A DNA stretch of 64,000 nucleotides from the human T2T-CHM13v2.0 reference genome, Homo sapiens, in assembly GCF_009914755.1 (NCBI RefSeq), contig NC_060928.1, one strand, 5' to 3'. The position numbers and the translations under genes were made by a program. The notes beneath the pieces are model-generated. The model did not search any database. It saw only the letters and a program-made list of their open reading frames with translations, and had not been told where the DNA came from. Positions 14,686-28,694 of this stretch are shown piece by piece; positions within the stretch are counted from its first letter, which is position 1, and the number at the start of each line of letters is the position of its first letter.

Positions 14686-15649
14686 TTCTAATATGTTCCT
14701 TCTATTTCCTTCTCAATTTCTACTTGAACTAATCAAAATATGCAGACTTTAAAGATCATAATTTAAGGAATTCGTGATAATTTTTAAACAATTGTATGTA
14801 CATAGGATGATTTTAAAATTCATGTGTGCCTGTCAGTTAATTCACTGCTTTGTAGGCTCCTATTTGATGCTCAAAATTAATAGGTAAACACTGGATATGC
14901 AAAGGGTTATTGGACAAGACAATCCTTTGAATACTTACTATTTTGAAATACTTGAAGAATCAGAAAACCATAAATATATAAGCAACTGTTGAACTGTGAA
15001 TAAAGTCTGAGTGAGTTAAGAGAAGGAAGGTGATTTCGTCTTTTAAACCATGTTTAAAGTAAATACATATTTAAATATTCCTGCTTGATAATCATAATCG
15101 ATAAGTGAGCAAACATTTGTTTTTGCAATGGGCAAAGACCTTGCTATCAATTATACATGTGAGATTATCTTTGTTTTAGTTTTCCTTCTAGCATATTATT
15201 GTAAAATTAATAGTATATAGAATAACAGTTTCTTGCATACTACAGCATTTTTGTCTGATTTTTTTTCGTAGTAGCCATAGCCAAAAATTACATTTCAATG
15301 CCAAAAAAACATGAAGCTCAATATTTCTATAACAGGCGTAATCAAAGTATGATTGAAACCTTGGTTACCAGTAAAGCTGTTCAGTATTCATAGCCACGGT
15401 AACAGTAAGATTTAAAATAATAGCAATAGCATATCTATCATGACATTATATTCATGTTATTCTTATTAGTCATTGCATTTATAAAATTATAATTATGTTT
15501 CCAAATAAATATCTTAGCAAATACTACTTTCTATTCAGGTTCATTTATAACAGCTGAAGACAAAGATGTTAGTATCTTAATCACTTTGGAATCAATATCA
15601 TTGTGTGTGTGTTTTCTCTTTTTCTTCTAACAGAGAACGGGGTTTAACT

Positions 15650-15952
15650 TTTTAAATTGTAAATTAACAATTCATAAGTGTATAAATTTATGGGGTACAA
15701 AGTGATGTTATAATTTATGAATACAGTGTGGAATAATTAAGCCAGTTAATATATCCATCACCTCAAATACTTAACATTTATTATGGTGAGAACATTTGAA
15801 ATTTAGATTTTGAAATGTGCATACTCTATTATTAACTATATTCACCAGGCTGTGCAATAGAACTCAAAAGGGAAAAAAAATCCCACATTTCTGAGATTTT
15901 GTACCCTTTGACCATCATCTCATTCTCCCCACCTCCAGCCTCTGTAACCCAT
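15650..15952 (-). mobile_element. L1MA (MA7-9-like) 3' end
   Basis: tttatggggtacaaagtgatg, atatccatcacctcaaatac, ggtgagaacatttgaaat. Confidence 0.8.
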
Positions 15953-16749
15953 TGTGTATTTTAAACACAACATTTGAGGTAAGTGTTTAATTATTTGGGT
16001 TTTTAGTATACCCAGTGAAAACTGGATTTAAGGGACACAGTTCAGGAGATTTCATTAATTTTGTATGGAATAGTTGAACTAACTAAATAAATAAGTGGAT
16101 ATTCTTAGAAACCATGTGTAGAGTAGGAGTCTTTTGTGATGGCCAAATAAAGAGAGATCATAGAATTCCCTTAGTACGAAATTTAATAAAAGGTATGTAT
16201 AACTTAACAAAATCAAAACAAACAAAATATTTTTTAACCTGTTTGCATACAATACCATGTCTCTAAAATGAAGCATATAGGGGTAGATAAGCAATCACTG
16301 TGGAAAGCCAATGAAAATTTACATGCGCTCATTGGAATGATTACATGGTATTGAGAGAATTGTCAGCATTAATAAAACCAAAGAGAGATATAAAATGAAG
16401 AATTGTGATAACTAACACTACTAAAGCAAAAAGACAAGAGACGGTAACAAAGAGTGGAACAAACAAACATTTAAAAATGCATTCTGGAAGCAATGACAAA
16501 TATTCTGTTCTGGAAAAAAACAGCTACAAACAGAAGAAAATTCCCTACAAAAAGTGCTATGCATTTTAGGGTAGCGAATGAGCATGAAGGCTTTATAAGC
16601 CGGGGATCCCTTATGATCTTGTACAATAACTTAAAGTTTCTGTGTTTAGTGTCCTCATATATAATATGAGGTAACATGAAATAATAATAATAACATTTTC
16701 CTCCAGAATTTGTATGTAATTAGTAGTGGTATCATATGGAAAACAGTGC

Positions 16750-17620
16750 TTGGCAAATAGTGCTTGTGTTTTAGCTAGCCATATTTTGTCTTTAGACAAA
16801 CTTAAAAGAAAAAAAGAATTTAAAAATAAGTAAAGGAAGAAAGAATTTAGAAATAAGGCCACAAAGACAAAAGAATATATGCACAAAAGAAAGCAGAATT
16901 TGTACAGCTAAGAATATAAAATGAGGAAAAAAATGAAACAGAAAGACCTTTGCAAGAATAAGTAATTAAATATAAGAACAAACATGAAAATTATGACTGA
17001 AAACGGAGTTGGTGACAGAGGTGAAAGGTTCCAGAAAACAGTCCGGTTGAATGCAGAGGGAAGTACCAGCAATTAAAACATGTAAAAAGGACAAACTAGA
17101 TGGACAGAGTTTTCCAAATGAGCATGCTTGGGGTCCCTGAAATAAAGAAGTTAACACATTTGAGCAGAAAATAATCCTCAACTATTTACTAATATAGAAA
17201 ATTACTGAAAAAAAGAAAAATATATGGATTAAAAGAGTTTTACAGTATTTTAGGGAATTTGATGCAAAATGTTTAACAGGCCTTTCCTGTTAGGTTCTGA
17301 AATTCAATAATAAATAATCATAAAAACTTTAGGCATTAAACTCAAATGCCCCTCAGAAAAAATTATGAAGTTTCTCAGACTTCTACAAAAGAACACTCCA
17401 ATGCTATAAATTAATAAATTAACAGATAGGAAGTTCTGATGAACAGAAAGTGTGATCTGAGAGTTTATAAATACCTGGTTGTCATTCAAATAAAGACAAG
17501 CTGTTAAACAGGCAGAAACTCAGGCAAGGTGACTCCCTCCCATGGACCCATGAGCACTTATGAGAAAAACCAAAAACAAATGAAATTTTGTCAACCATGA
17601 TATGAATGAATAAGTTTTTG
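16750..17620 (+). mobile_element. Degraded HAL1/L1M ORF1-like fragment
   Basis: A-rich strand bias and a weak resemblance to ORF1 C-terminal DNA; boundaries uncertain. Confidence 0.35.
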
Positions 17621-17638
17621 CTTAAAAAAAGGGAATGC

Positions 17639-17930
17639 GGCTTGGCATGGTGGCTCATGCCTGTAATCCCAATACTTTTGGAGACCAGGGCAGGAGGATC
17701 ACTTGAGGCCAGGGATTCAAGACCAGCCTGGTCAAGGGAACAAGACCTTGTCTCCACAAAAGAAAAAAATACCTGGGCATTGTGGTGTGCACCTGTAGTC
17801 TTAGCTCCTGGGGTGGCTGACGCAGGAGGATCACTTGAGCCAGGAGTTTGAGGCTGAAGTGAGCCATGATGGCACTACTGCACTTCAGCCTGGGTGACAG
17901 AGTGATACTCTGTCTCAAAACAAAAACAAA
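17639..17930 (+). mobile_element. AluJ (Jr/Jo-like)
   Basis: ggaggatcacttgaggccagg, gagtttgaggctgaagtgagccatgat. Confidence 0.88.
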
Positions 17931-18432
17931 GTCTTTACTCAAATGTCATCTCTCAATTAGGCCATTCCTGATCATCATATATGAAATTGAAACTTGTCTA
18001 CCTCGCCTTCCTTATCTCTGTTTTATTTTTATCCATAGCATCATATAAATACGCACACACACACACACACTACTAAAAAAATTTAAATGACAACCAAAAA
18101 GTCTTTTCCATATAGATCAAATAAAAATAAAATGAAAAATTTTAATTTGTATCAATCATTATTAGAAGCAAAACTTATGGATGTTGCTGTCTGTGTCAGA
18201 AAGAAATACAAACCCTTAACCATTTATTCCACTAATCAATAAAATAAAAATTAATTAAGCTCTAAAATAAATTAGAAAACCTATACAATGAAACAATTGA
18301 ATGCCAAAGAAATAAATTTTAAAAATTATACCTGCAGAAATTTTAAAATCAGTAAATAATATCTGTGGAATTAATAAATAAAGCCAAAAGCTATTTAGTA
18401 AAACCACTGGTCTGGCTAATTAATTGGAAAAC

Positions 18433-18696
18433 AGGAAGGAAGGAGAGGAGGAGGAAAAGGAGAAGGACAAAGATTAGGATGAGGAGGAAGAAAGAAGAAG
18501 AAAGAAAGGGGGAGGAAAAGGAGAAGGACAAAGATGAGGATGAGGAGGAAGAAAGAAGAAGAAGAAAGAAAGGAGGAGGAAAAGAAGAAGGACAAAGATG
18601 AGGATGAGGAGGAAGAAAGAAGAAGAAGAAAGAAAAGAGGAGGAAAAGGAAAAGAAGGAAGAGGAGAGAAAAGGGAAAGAAAGGGAAGAAAAAGAA
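18433..18696 (+). repeat. Polypurine tract containing a 61-64 bp minisatellite (about 3.3 copies), within old L1-like sequence
   Basis: Anchor gacaaagat recurs at 18466, 18527 and 18591. Confidence 0.9.
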
Positions 18697-21600
18697 CATG
18701 TAAGTGGGAGCACAGAGGTATAAAAAAAGAGAATTGAAGAAGATATAGGGAGATTGAGAGTAAAATAAAAGAACATTAGAATACATGATATATTTATTTA
18801 CAAGTATATTTGAGAAGTTAGATGAAGTAATAATTTTCTTGGAAACCTTTAACTAACAGAATTCAACAATATATCAAAAATGCAGTTCACTCCAGAAATG
18901 TGAGGTTGGTTTATTAATTGGGAGTGTACTAATATAAATGTATCTATTAAGACATCACAGGAGAAAACTACATGATCTTACAGATCTTAGATAAAAATTG
19001 TTAACATTACTTAAGGCTCTGAAAGTTTTGTCCTCCACCTACCCCTCCAGTTCTAACTTATATTACACTCTAAGAAATATTTTGCTGCTGTTTCTTTGAG
19101 ATACTGGGAAGTGATAAATGTGTTGCATTTTCTTAGCAGCACTTTTAAACTTAATATTACTTGACAATTAACTGGTATAATGAAAACTTTTCAGTTTATT
19201 AGATGAAAATAAAATTCAAAGAATATAATAGTATTGTCTTTTATGTCGTTAATTTTTGTTTTATTTAATACTAGGAGTTTTACCTAACAATTATTTTTAA
19301 AACCTTACTCAAAGAAGCACAGCAAATGTTTGTCTTCTTGTTTTGTTTTTGTTTACTTTTCCAAAAAAGCCAAATGAAACTGTATACAAGGAAACATGTT
19401 GGTTATTAGGTGTCATGCCATCTGGCACTGACATCTGCCACCACATTGACCCCAGGTTATTTTGGCTGCTTTGCCTGGCAAGGAGGGCACCTGCCTCTTA
19501 CTTCACAGCTCCATGCTGGGCATTCCACGTCTGCAGTTTCCGTGAAGATGTCAATCTTCCCACATAGAGGAGTATGTTTTAAAATTAAGGTTATAGGAAA
19601 AAGAAGGTAGCTTTCTAGAACTTCTAAGTATGCTATGGAGTCCATAAAAAGTATGCTGATTTTCACTTATTTCTAGAAAATTAAGTATAAATGGTAGGTT
19701 GGATTTTCACTTTCAACTACTGAAGCCTTAAGAAGAGGTTATATTGTAATCTTGAATTTAAAATAAATGGATTCACATGTTTCATATGCTTTTGGTCATC
19801 TACATTTCTCCATTTTAATAGTAAAATTAAACATTATTCATAATTTACCTTGTTTTGTATGTCTTCTTTGGGAGACTTGCTTATAAAAATCACATCACAA
19901 GGTTTGCAAGGTTTGTGTTTCCTTTTCCAGCCTATTACACATATTCTTTTAAGAAAGCTCATTTTAAATGAGCCCTTTCAAGAATAAAAGCTTTTTAGAT
20001 TATTTTTTGTATGAAATATATTCAAAAGTTACACCTCATGCACCTAGCATTTTAAACCATGGTTCCAAAGTATTCTGCAGATTTAAAGGTCCTACCGTTT
20101 TTTATTGTTATTTTTATTACTTATTTTCTTTTTCCTTTGAAGTATTTAAAGTTACAGAAGGTGGAATATTTAACTTTGGCCATGAATTATTCATATTTGT
20201 TTAGAATTAACATTGGCTTAAATGGCTTAACATTTTTCTTTAGTTAGTGATTCTTAGATTTTCTAATGCAGCTCATAAGGCTACATTTCTCAGCTGGGTA
20301 CAAAACTTGATGAATTAGCAGCTACAAGCTATCGCAGGAAACAAACCCAGACCTTGCCTATAAATAACTGTCTAGTTTTAATCTGATTTTCTTGCATCAT
20401 ATAAGGTACAGCTGCATATAGGTTTATATGTTGTGTGTTCATATCTACTTTTGAGTAGATAGTGGAAGCAAATGAATCCAATAAATCTCCTTAAAATATT
20501 TCTGCTTCAAGAAATTCAGTATCCTTCCAGAAAATAATTGCTATTTTGTCTTTTTTTTAAAATAACAAATTGTGAAGTATATAGATAATATATTCTTCAG
20601 GAAGTAATTCTTTTGATTCTATATTTTATAATTACACTAGCATCTATAATTGAATAATTGAATAAAATTTGTTTACAAATATATTGCTATGCCTTAAGAT
20701 ATGACATATTTTGCACATTTTACATAACTTGAAATTGTGAGATAACATCATTATTCAAAATATGAGTGGGAGTTTATACATAATGAAAATAAATAATAAC
20801 CAACTCCCTTAAGACTAGTAATAAGCCAAAGAAAAAAAACAGTTATGAAAAAGGTTAACTTAAAGGCACCATGGAAACAAAAATACTGTTGTTTTTATAA
20901 TCAACATCATAATTAGGAATAATTTGGAACTACAAGAGGTCCTAGCCATCATTTAGTTCAATTTGTTTTTATTGTGGACAAACAGACTTGGTTAATAGCA
21001 CCATAAACTAAAAACAGTGTTAGGATCAGGGTCATATCACAGGTCAAATGATAATAAGAATTTCCTTGCTAATAATAGTTTGATGAGAGCCATGGGAAAA
21101 ACTGTCCTTAGGAGACTGCCTGTGTCAATCTATTATAAACAAATGTGGGTGGCCTCAAAAATATGAATGTGAATGTAATTAATTTAGAACACTAATGAAT
21201 AAACTGTGTACACTAACCTATATATATGTTAAAGAGAAAATATGAAAATAAATTACAAAGATCAATCTAAGAATGTGTTCACATATTAACCCCTACCTGT
21301 GGTCTCTGAAAGTTGACGACTTGTTCAACTACTGATCAAAAATCGTTTGGAACTCTGTGGATATGCTTGTTTTTTTCAATTGCTGTATACCTCCATAGAG
21401 TACAAAAGACTGGGGGACCTAGTTTCTGCCATCAGGGAGCTCAAATTCCTCCTGGGAAAAAATGATGCTGAAATCTAAAATAAAAACATAACACTCTGTG
21501 GCTTATATGGCCACATAACTCTGTGGTCTAATCTAAATAATTTGTTCAATAAAAGTTTAAAAATGGTAACTCACTTTGAATGGACCAATAAGAGAAAGTT

Positions 21601-21758
21601 TAAAATTTGAGTAGCAATGAAATAGTGGGTAATGGGAGAAGAAAGCAATATTGTGAGAAGGATAATGTAAGTGAAGGACAGAAGGGGAAATATCTGAGTG
21701 ATATTGGAGCATGGTGTGAGAGATGTTTAGTAGATCATTTTTAAAAGCTAGATTAGGG

Positions 21759-22096
<338 letters not shown>

Positions 22097-22226
22097 TCAA
22101 TAGCCTGGGAATCAATCTCTCATTTTATTATAAGTGATTATGATTTTTTTCAGAAGAGAAATGATATAAGTCTGATGCTTAAAGATATTTATCTTTAGTA
22201 TGTGGAGCACACTAAAGAAATAAAAG

Positions 22227-22562
<336 letters not shown>

Positions 22563-24286
22563 AATAAAAGGATAAAGGAGATGCAAACTGTTGCATTAGC
22601 CATGGTATAAGATATTAAGGACCCCAACTTTATTAAGTCACACTACTATTCAAGCATCCAACCATCCATCTGTCCATTCAACACTTATCTGTTGAGAGTT
22701 GACTGATTTTTAGGTAGTATGCTGGAGCAAAACAGGACTCAAACAGATATCTCATCCTCAATTTACCTTGAGTTTACAGATGTATAGGGAGTGTATGTGT
22801 GTGTGCTTGTATGTTTATGGATGGTATGTAATGAAGTGACGAGACATATAAAGTGAAAATTATCATATATATTGCTCTAAGTGATATGATAGGGTAATAT
22901 TTGGGCGTAAAGACCCATAACCACCATGATGAGGAAGATTTTCTAGAAATAATGCTTTATGGACTAAAAAATCACCTTGATTTACAGAAATATTGGAAGC
23001 AGTGGGATTAGTATGTGGAAAATATAGCACTGGAGAGTATTAAAGACTTGCCAAACTTAATATGGTGCAATATGGTTGGAATAAAGTTCATAGTGAAATA
23101 ATAAGTCATGAAACTGGAAACAGTTGCACTCCTTGAAAGTACAGTTAAACAATACTCTTCTATCAGAAACATCACTCCATTATTTTTCATTTTAATTAGG
23201 TCATTTATTTAGTGATCAATTGCTTTAAGACATGTAGTTAGGTCTATATTTAAAAAGTGTGAAAAAATGATACAACTGATGCATAATTTTGGGGGAACAT
23301 TCTAGGTCTTTCATGGGAGACAATTCTTCATGGGTCTCCAGCATTTTTTCATGTGTTGTGAGTAAACTTGCTGTTTTTGTTATGGACCGTCTTTTCAAGG
23401 ATATTTTTACAAGGAAAGCTATAGAAGATATAGTGCCTCCCCTTGGAACAAAGGACAAGTATGTTTACTACCCATGGTAAAATATTTGAGTTTATAAACT
23501 CATGGTTCTTCTCCTGTAATGCAAACCACTGCATGTACAGATGTCCCCCTTTGCATTCCCCTGGGGGAGCTAGGGCACTGAATTGGCAAAGAAAATGCCG
23601 ATACTCTAGATACTGCTATAGTTGTGACTAATAAAGTCCTTTTCCTTCTGACCCAGGAGTCTTGTGGCTTTTGCCAACATCCACGAAACTGTAGCAGGCT
23701 AACTTATTAGCTTGCAAGTAAGGTAAAATCTTAGACCCTTCATAGTTCCTGACAGTTTTGGCTATGAGGATGTGAAAATAAAAAATGTTTTATTTCTAGA
23801 ATAGGATCGATGAGACGCTTGTGGGTCAATTAACAGAATTTGAAGAAAGTGTATAAGAATTGGCAGTAAACATGTTGATCACATTAATGGTCAACCAAGC
23901 AATAAATTATCCTTCACTTCATTGCTCTTTAATAAGGAGAAATTGGAAAGTTATTAGCAGATAGAATACTGGAAAGCGTGCATAAAGAGAGCTGCTTGAA
24001 CAGTGCTGGACTTGTTGCAAATTCGCCTCCTTTTTTGGGAGGGGGGATTTCCTTGACAATCAATTCAACTGATGGGATTCAGGCAAGGTTTGCAGTGGAG
24101 CAAGGAATCTAAAATAATCTTGTGAGTGAGGCCCTTTGGGAAAATTCTATGTATTGTTTTGGTTGCTGTCATTCTGAATATATATTAGAAATTTGATGCA
24201 TTATATGCTCATACTTCCCTGTCCCATATGTGTCAGGTAAAAACTACTGATGAGGAATTACACAAAGCATTGTCCTCACCCACTCA

Positions 24287-24619
24287 TGGTACATTGACAT
24301 CATTGGACAATTGACCTCCTCTCAGGGCACTTAGTAGTACCTCACTGCTGATGGTATTTTTTCAGATTACAATGCTATTCCAGTTAAATCAGCTGACTTT
24401 GGCCATACCTTTATGGACCTTGCAACTAATCATTGTCATGTACTTTAATTTTCAGACTTTTGCAGTCTGATATTAGTGCTTCTTTTATTACCAAAAAAAC
24501 CCCAATAATTAATGGGCTGATAGTTAAAGTATATCCAGTGGAACTTCCACACTCCCTACCATCCACGATTATCTGTTGTTTTTGAGCTTTGGAATGGGCT
24601 CCTAAATAATCAACTCAAA
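24287..24619 (+). pseudogene. Retroviral integrase core remnant (class III/ERVL-type)
   Basis: WYIDIIGQLTSSQGT**YLTADGIFSDYNAIPVKSAD from 24287 and IQWNFHTPYHPRLSVVFELWNGLLNNQLK from 24533, resembling ERVL WQxDxIGPLP...ERWNGLLK. Confidence 0.8.
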
Positions 24620-25199
24620 AATAATTCTCACTCTACTCCCTTCACTTCCTCCTGGTCAATAAACCTAGAAAGAAGATTGGCCATGAAGTGCAGCTGTCAA
24701 CAGAAAAGGATCTTAGTTTGGCAGCCTCACTTTGGCCTGGTTTATCTACCCTCTGAGTAGTATCTCAGCCAAAATGGGGACTCAAAACTTAATTCTAGTT
24801 CATCCAACTGGATTCTTTTGTTAGACTGACATGCTTCTAGATTGGTTATGTTGCTCACTAGGTCCTCCTGGAATAGTCCACATGAACCAAAATGGGCGGT
24901 ACATCGGGTCTGTGTTGGATTTAATAAAATGTCTTTGCCCTTTCTCACTCATTCCTTCCAGATGACAGAGCTAGGCATGAGTTGGGGATGACTGGAAAAA
25001 AAGTAAAATATAGCTACTAGAATGGGACACATGGGTTTTGTGTTAGTAGAAGGAGAGTAACTGCAGAACCTGGAGAGAGAACAACTTAGACCCTGACAGG
25101 TACAGAGGAGGAAGGGCCATCCGTGATCCTTCTCTTCAGAACCACTCCTAGATCCTTCCTCGTAGAGCAAAAGACCCTGCTGTGGCTCTCTTAAACTAC

Positions 25200-26290
25200 T
25201 GAAATATCCCTAAACTTAACTGAATGCTGGGTCCTCTGTGCCCCACCACATAACTCTAACCATGATTTGATAATCATTTCCCTTAATTGTAGTGAGAAAT
25301 CTGTTGGATGCAGCTGGAATTGCCCCAGATTTTCCACCTCCCATGCAAAACATTGCCAAACCTCTGGATGTCCTCCACATGCTGATTTCAGTAGCTGTCT
25401 CCAGTCATTTTGTAGAGCAGACACATACCATTTGCTGGCTGGCATGGACATAAATGCAAGTTGGACTGATTAACCTGAGGCAGTCCCTCCAAAAACTAGG
25501 ACTAGATTCAAGTATTCAAATTTAACCGGAGACTGTAAGGCTTCCTGGCCAGCTGGGAGGCCATGTTGGAGGCACTGCCAGCTTGACCTCCACATGGGGA
25601 GGAACAACAGTTGTAAAAACACTTGTTCTAGGGGCACTATGTGTGGCCCTGGGACTGTACATTTTGTGTAGATGCCAGGAATTAACTTGCCTCTCTTCTG
25701 AAAACACAGTCATATGCATTATAGGGTGATCACAATTGACCTTCAAGTGTTTAAGGAAAACATCACCAGTAGATTATATAATCTTCAGATGACTGCAGAG
25801 ATCTCTTCAAAATTAGGCTGCCTGTGGTTACTCAGGGGATCTTCTTGGAAGAGTGTTTCATTATTATTGCACACCCTATGTGAAGTTATCTCTAAAATGG
25901 GATTCACTAATCTGAAAAGGCAGTACAACATTTCTCCTTGTCTTCAGCTAAAGTAATCAGTGACATAGCTTTGGCTCTTGAAGGCATTCAGTCTCAGCCT
26001 CAATTAACTGGACATGGCAGACATAGAAGATAGATTTGCCCTAGACTTTCTCCTTACTTCCAAAGCTGAGCCTGTGTGATTTCTAATACATCTTTCTGTA
26101 CACCTGGATTAATGCCTTGGATCAAGTGGAAAGGTCAATAAAGAAAGCCATTTGGCTTTTTAAGGTAGTCCCTGATGGGTTGTAGGATTTGTCCAGTTGT
26201 CTGTGTCTGGAACCCTGGGGCACATGGTTGAGATCATTTCTACAAGTCAGTCTCTTATTGCTGCTCACAGTCCTGTGTAACTTTAATTAA
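25200..26290 (+). pseudogene. Gamma-type (class I-like) env remnant
   Basis: SU-like LNLTECWVLC (25210-25239); TM-like DRFALDFLL (26029-26055); CVISNTSFC (26073-26099, degenerate CX6CC); WINALDQVERSI...PWGTWLRSFLQVSLLLLLTVL. Contains frameshifts and stops. Confidence 0.75.
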
Positions 26291-27899
26291 ATGCTTTATG
26301 GGATAAATTGAATGGATATGGTCCCAGCCTCTGTCAGATTAATCAGAGTGGCTGACAGGTGATGCAGTCATGGGAAAATTCTCCAAAAGTTAAGACACTG
26401 TAGAAGGAGTTTGATGTTAAAGACACAATTCTCCATGGATCTCTCATACTTCACTTCTTGCAAGCAGAGGCACTCACATAATATTTTTAAGGATATTTGT
26501 ACAGTGAACAGACTTTGAAGGTAGAGATAATGTCTCCTTCCAGAATGAACAGCAGGTATGGTTACTGCCAGTCATCAAAGGTTTGCGTTTCACCTGCACC
26601 ACACATACAGTGCTTGTCTCCTGTAACACAACCCAGAGCATGTGCAAGTATCATCTAGTTCTTCGTGTTTACCTGTGAAAATGGCACTCAGGGAACAGGC
26701 ACCTAAAAATGCTGTCACTCTGGTTATTGCTATTGATCTAGAAAAGTTCTTTGTGTCTGTACCAGGATTTTTATGTTTTCTTCTAGCATGCACAAAATCA
26801 TGGTGGACTAATAGCTTACAGATGGGATAAAATTTCAGACACTGCACACACATTCTTCACAGACACATTATTTTTGAAGTTATAAAATAATATTAATGTG
26901 TTGTTAAAGCTAATTTTCAGAGAGGGGATTCTATTCCACCAACATTTATGACTAGGTAATAAAATCTCATTTTTACTGAAATTTAGCTCCATAAAATGCA
27001 TTCTATTTAAAATCTGAACATGTGCCAAACTATCATCAATACTGTATAACACCAGTATAATTAGGTAGAAGTACTGGATAAACTGTATGTAATATGTGCA
27101 GCAGAATCCTAAATCATTCTAATGGAAAACAGATTATGCCAGCAACATGTAAATACAAAGAACAGTGGTCTCCAAGGAAAATATCAGTAGCACATCAAAA
27201 TCTATTAATTTGTTGAAGAAATAGTATCTAAGAGATTCAATTAAACAAAATAACCAGAGAATACATGCCTTATTTTTGGAAACGTAAATATTACTAAAAT
27301 TGTATTAATTAGCAATCTCATGAATATTATGTTTTACTAAGATGTAGGAAACCCCATGTAACTCAATGTAATATTTCATAATAGATCTGATTATAACTGA
27401 GATGAGCATTTTTACAGGGATTAACAAAACATAATTGGAAATAAATGATAATTAGATAAATTAACTGTGGGTGGAAAATTTTCATAGAAAATAATTGTCA
27501 TTCATTTAAAAAATGTGTTTTTATTATGAAGATGGGGCAAATTATAGAAATAGTGTCATTGTCTTTTGTTGTTACCATTTTAAAATTTCATCTCTAATTC
27601 TCCTAGTCATTTAGTTTTTATTTCTTCCCTGTCCACAAATTATATTAAGCATTTGTTCATTCATTAATTCATTGCCTTATTCATTTGGCAAGTATTTATG
27701 GAACATGTATTATTTATTGAACAATGCTTTTCAGCTCTTTATGGCATTGTTTAGAATTTAATAATTTCAAGATAATCCTAGGTCTGCTATCACTGAACCT
27801 ACCTCTGCCTTCAGTAATCTCAGTGCTTGTAAATGAAACAGCTATTTTTAGCTCTGATAGAACTAAAATCTATACCTGTCTTGGAAACTGCAATAATTA

Positions 27900-28110
27900 A
27901 TAACCTGTACTTGTAAAATACTTTATAGTTTTCTGTCAGAATTTTATGTTAACAACAAATGTGAGCTAGAAAAGCAGAACCGATTGTTTCTATTGCACAG
28001 AGAAAGAGCTTAAGTCTTTAAGAGGGTAAGTGACCCAAGGCTAGGTTGCAGAGTCAAAATTAGAATTTCATTTCATAATAAATTGTATGTCCTTTCACTA
28101 TGCTGTACTT
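27900..28110 (-). mobile_element. MIR
   Basis: attgcacagagaaagagcttaagtctttaagagggtaagtgacccaagg. Confidence 0.55.
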
Positions 28111-28694
28111 ATACTGGCAAATGATAGAGTGGGTTCAGAGATTTCTAATTGCATTGTGAAGTTAATCCTTATATCCTTAGTGGCTTTTGGAAATTACAGT
28201 TTAAGACTGGATCTGACTGAACCAGCATTGAGGACATAAGCTTATTTTACTGGCAACTCTGTGATATGTCAAATATGCCTAAGACAATGTATTTGATTTT
28301 GAAGTTGAGAATTGCATAAGTAAATCAAGAAATCGTTTAGTGTTATAAATTGGCACCTGGTTTCTGACATAGTTGTTTAGGTTATTATTTTTAGCAAAAT
28401 AGTACATTATAAATGTGCAGATACCCTAGATTGTTTTACAATTGAGACATGAATTCTTCTCCCATATGAGTTTATATTATTAATGTCTCTCTACAGAGAA
28501 TAGTACTTTATCCCCTAATTTAAATATATAGTAACTCAGTTCTTGCCACATCCCATTGTTCATGGATGTGAACAGGAACACACATCTACCTAGTCTCTTC
28601 TAGAAAAATAATTATCAGGAAATAACAGAACTTAAAGACAGGATTAGAATAGAGAGCATATCAGATAAGAGCGAAAACAGAGTGAAAATTTATT

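Larger units (their letters stand above)
23311..26861 (+). mobile_element. Degenerate two-LTR endogenous retrovirus (LTR47-like LTRs at 23311-23754 and 26415-26861)
   Basis: Two direct homologous LTRs, each ending ...ca; PBS-like 23759-23776; purine-rich stretch before 26415; integrase and env remnants inside. Confidence 0.85.

Noticed and set aside
18365-18786. Charged (E/K/R) and F/L/S-rich ORFs
   Set aside because: Translations of the polypurine repeat; no splice or homology support
19343-19620. Relatively GC-rich patch with short overlapping ORFs as an extra exon
   Set aside because: No convincing acceptor/donor pair and no recognisable protein; partly MIR-like
25200-26290. Domesticated syncytin-like env gene
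   Set aside because: Multiple stops and frameshifts; no long ORF
23306-26866. TSD around the provirus
   Set aside because: Flanks gtctt and gacac do not match convincingly; LTR ends are uncertain by a few bases
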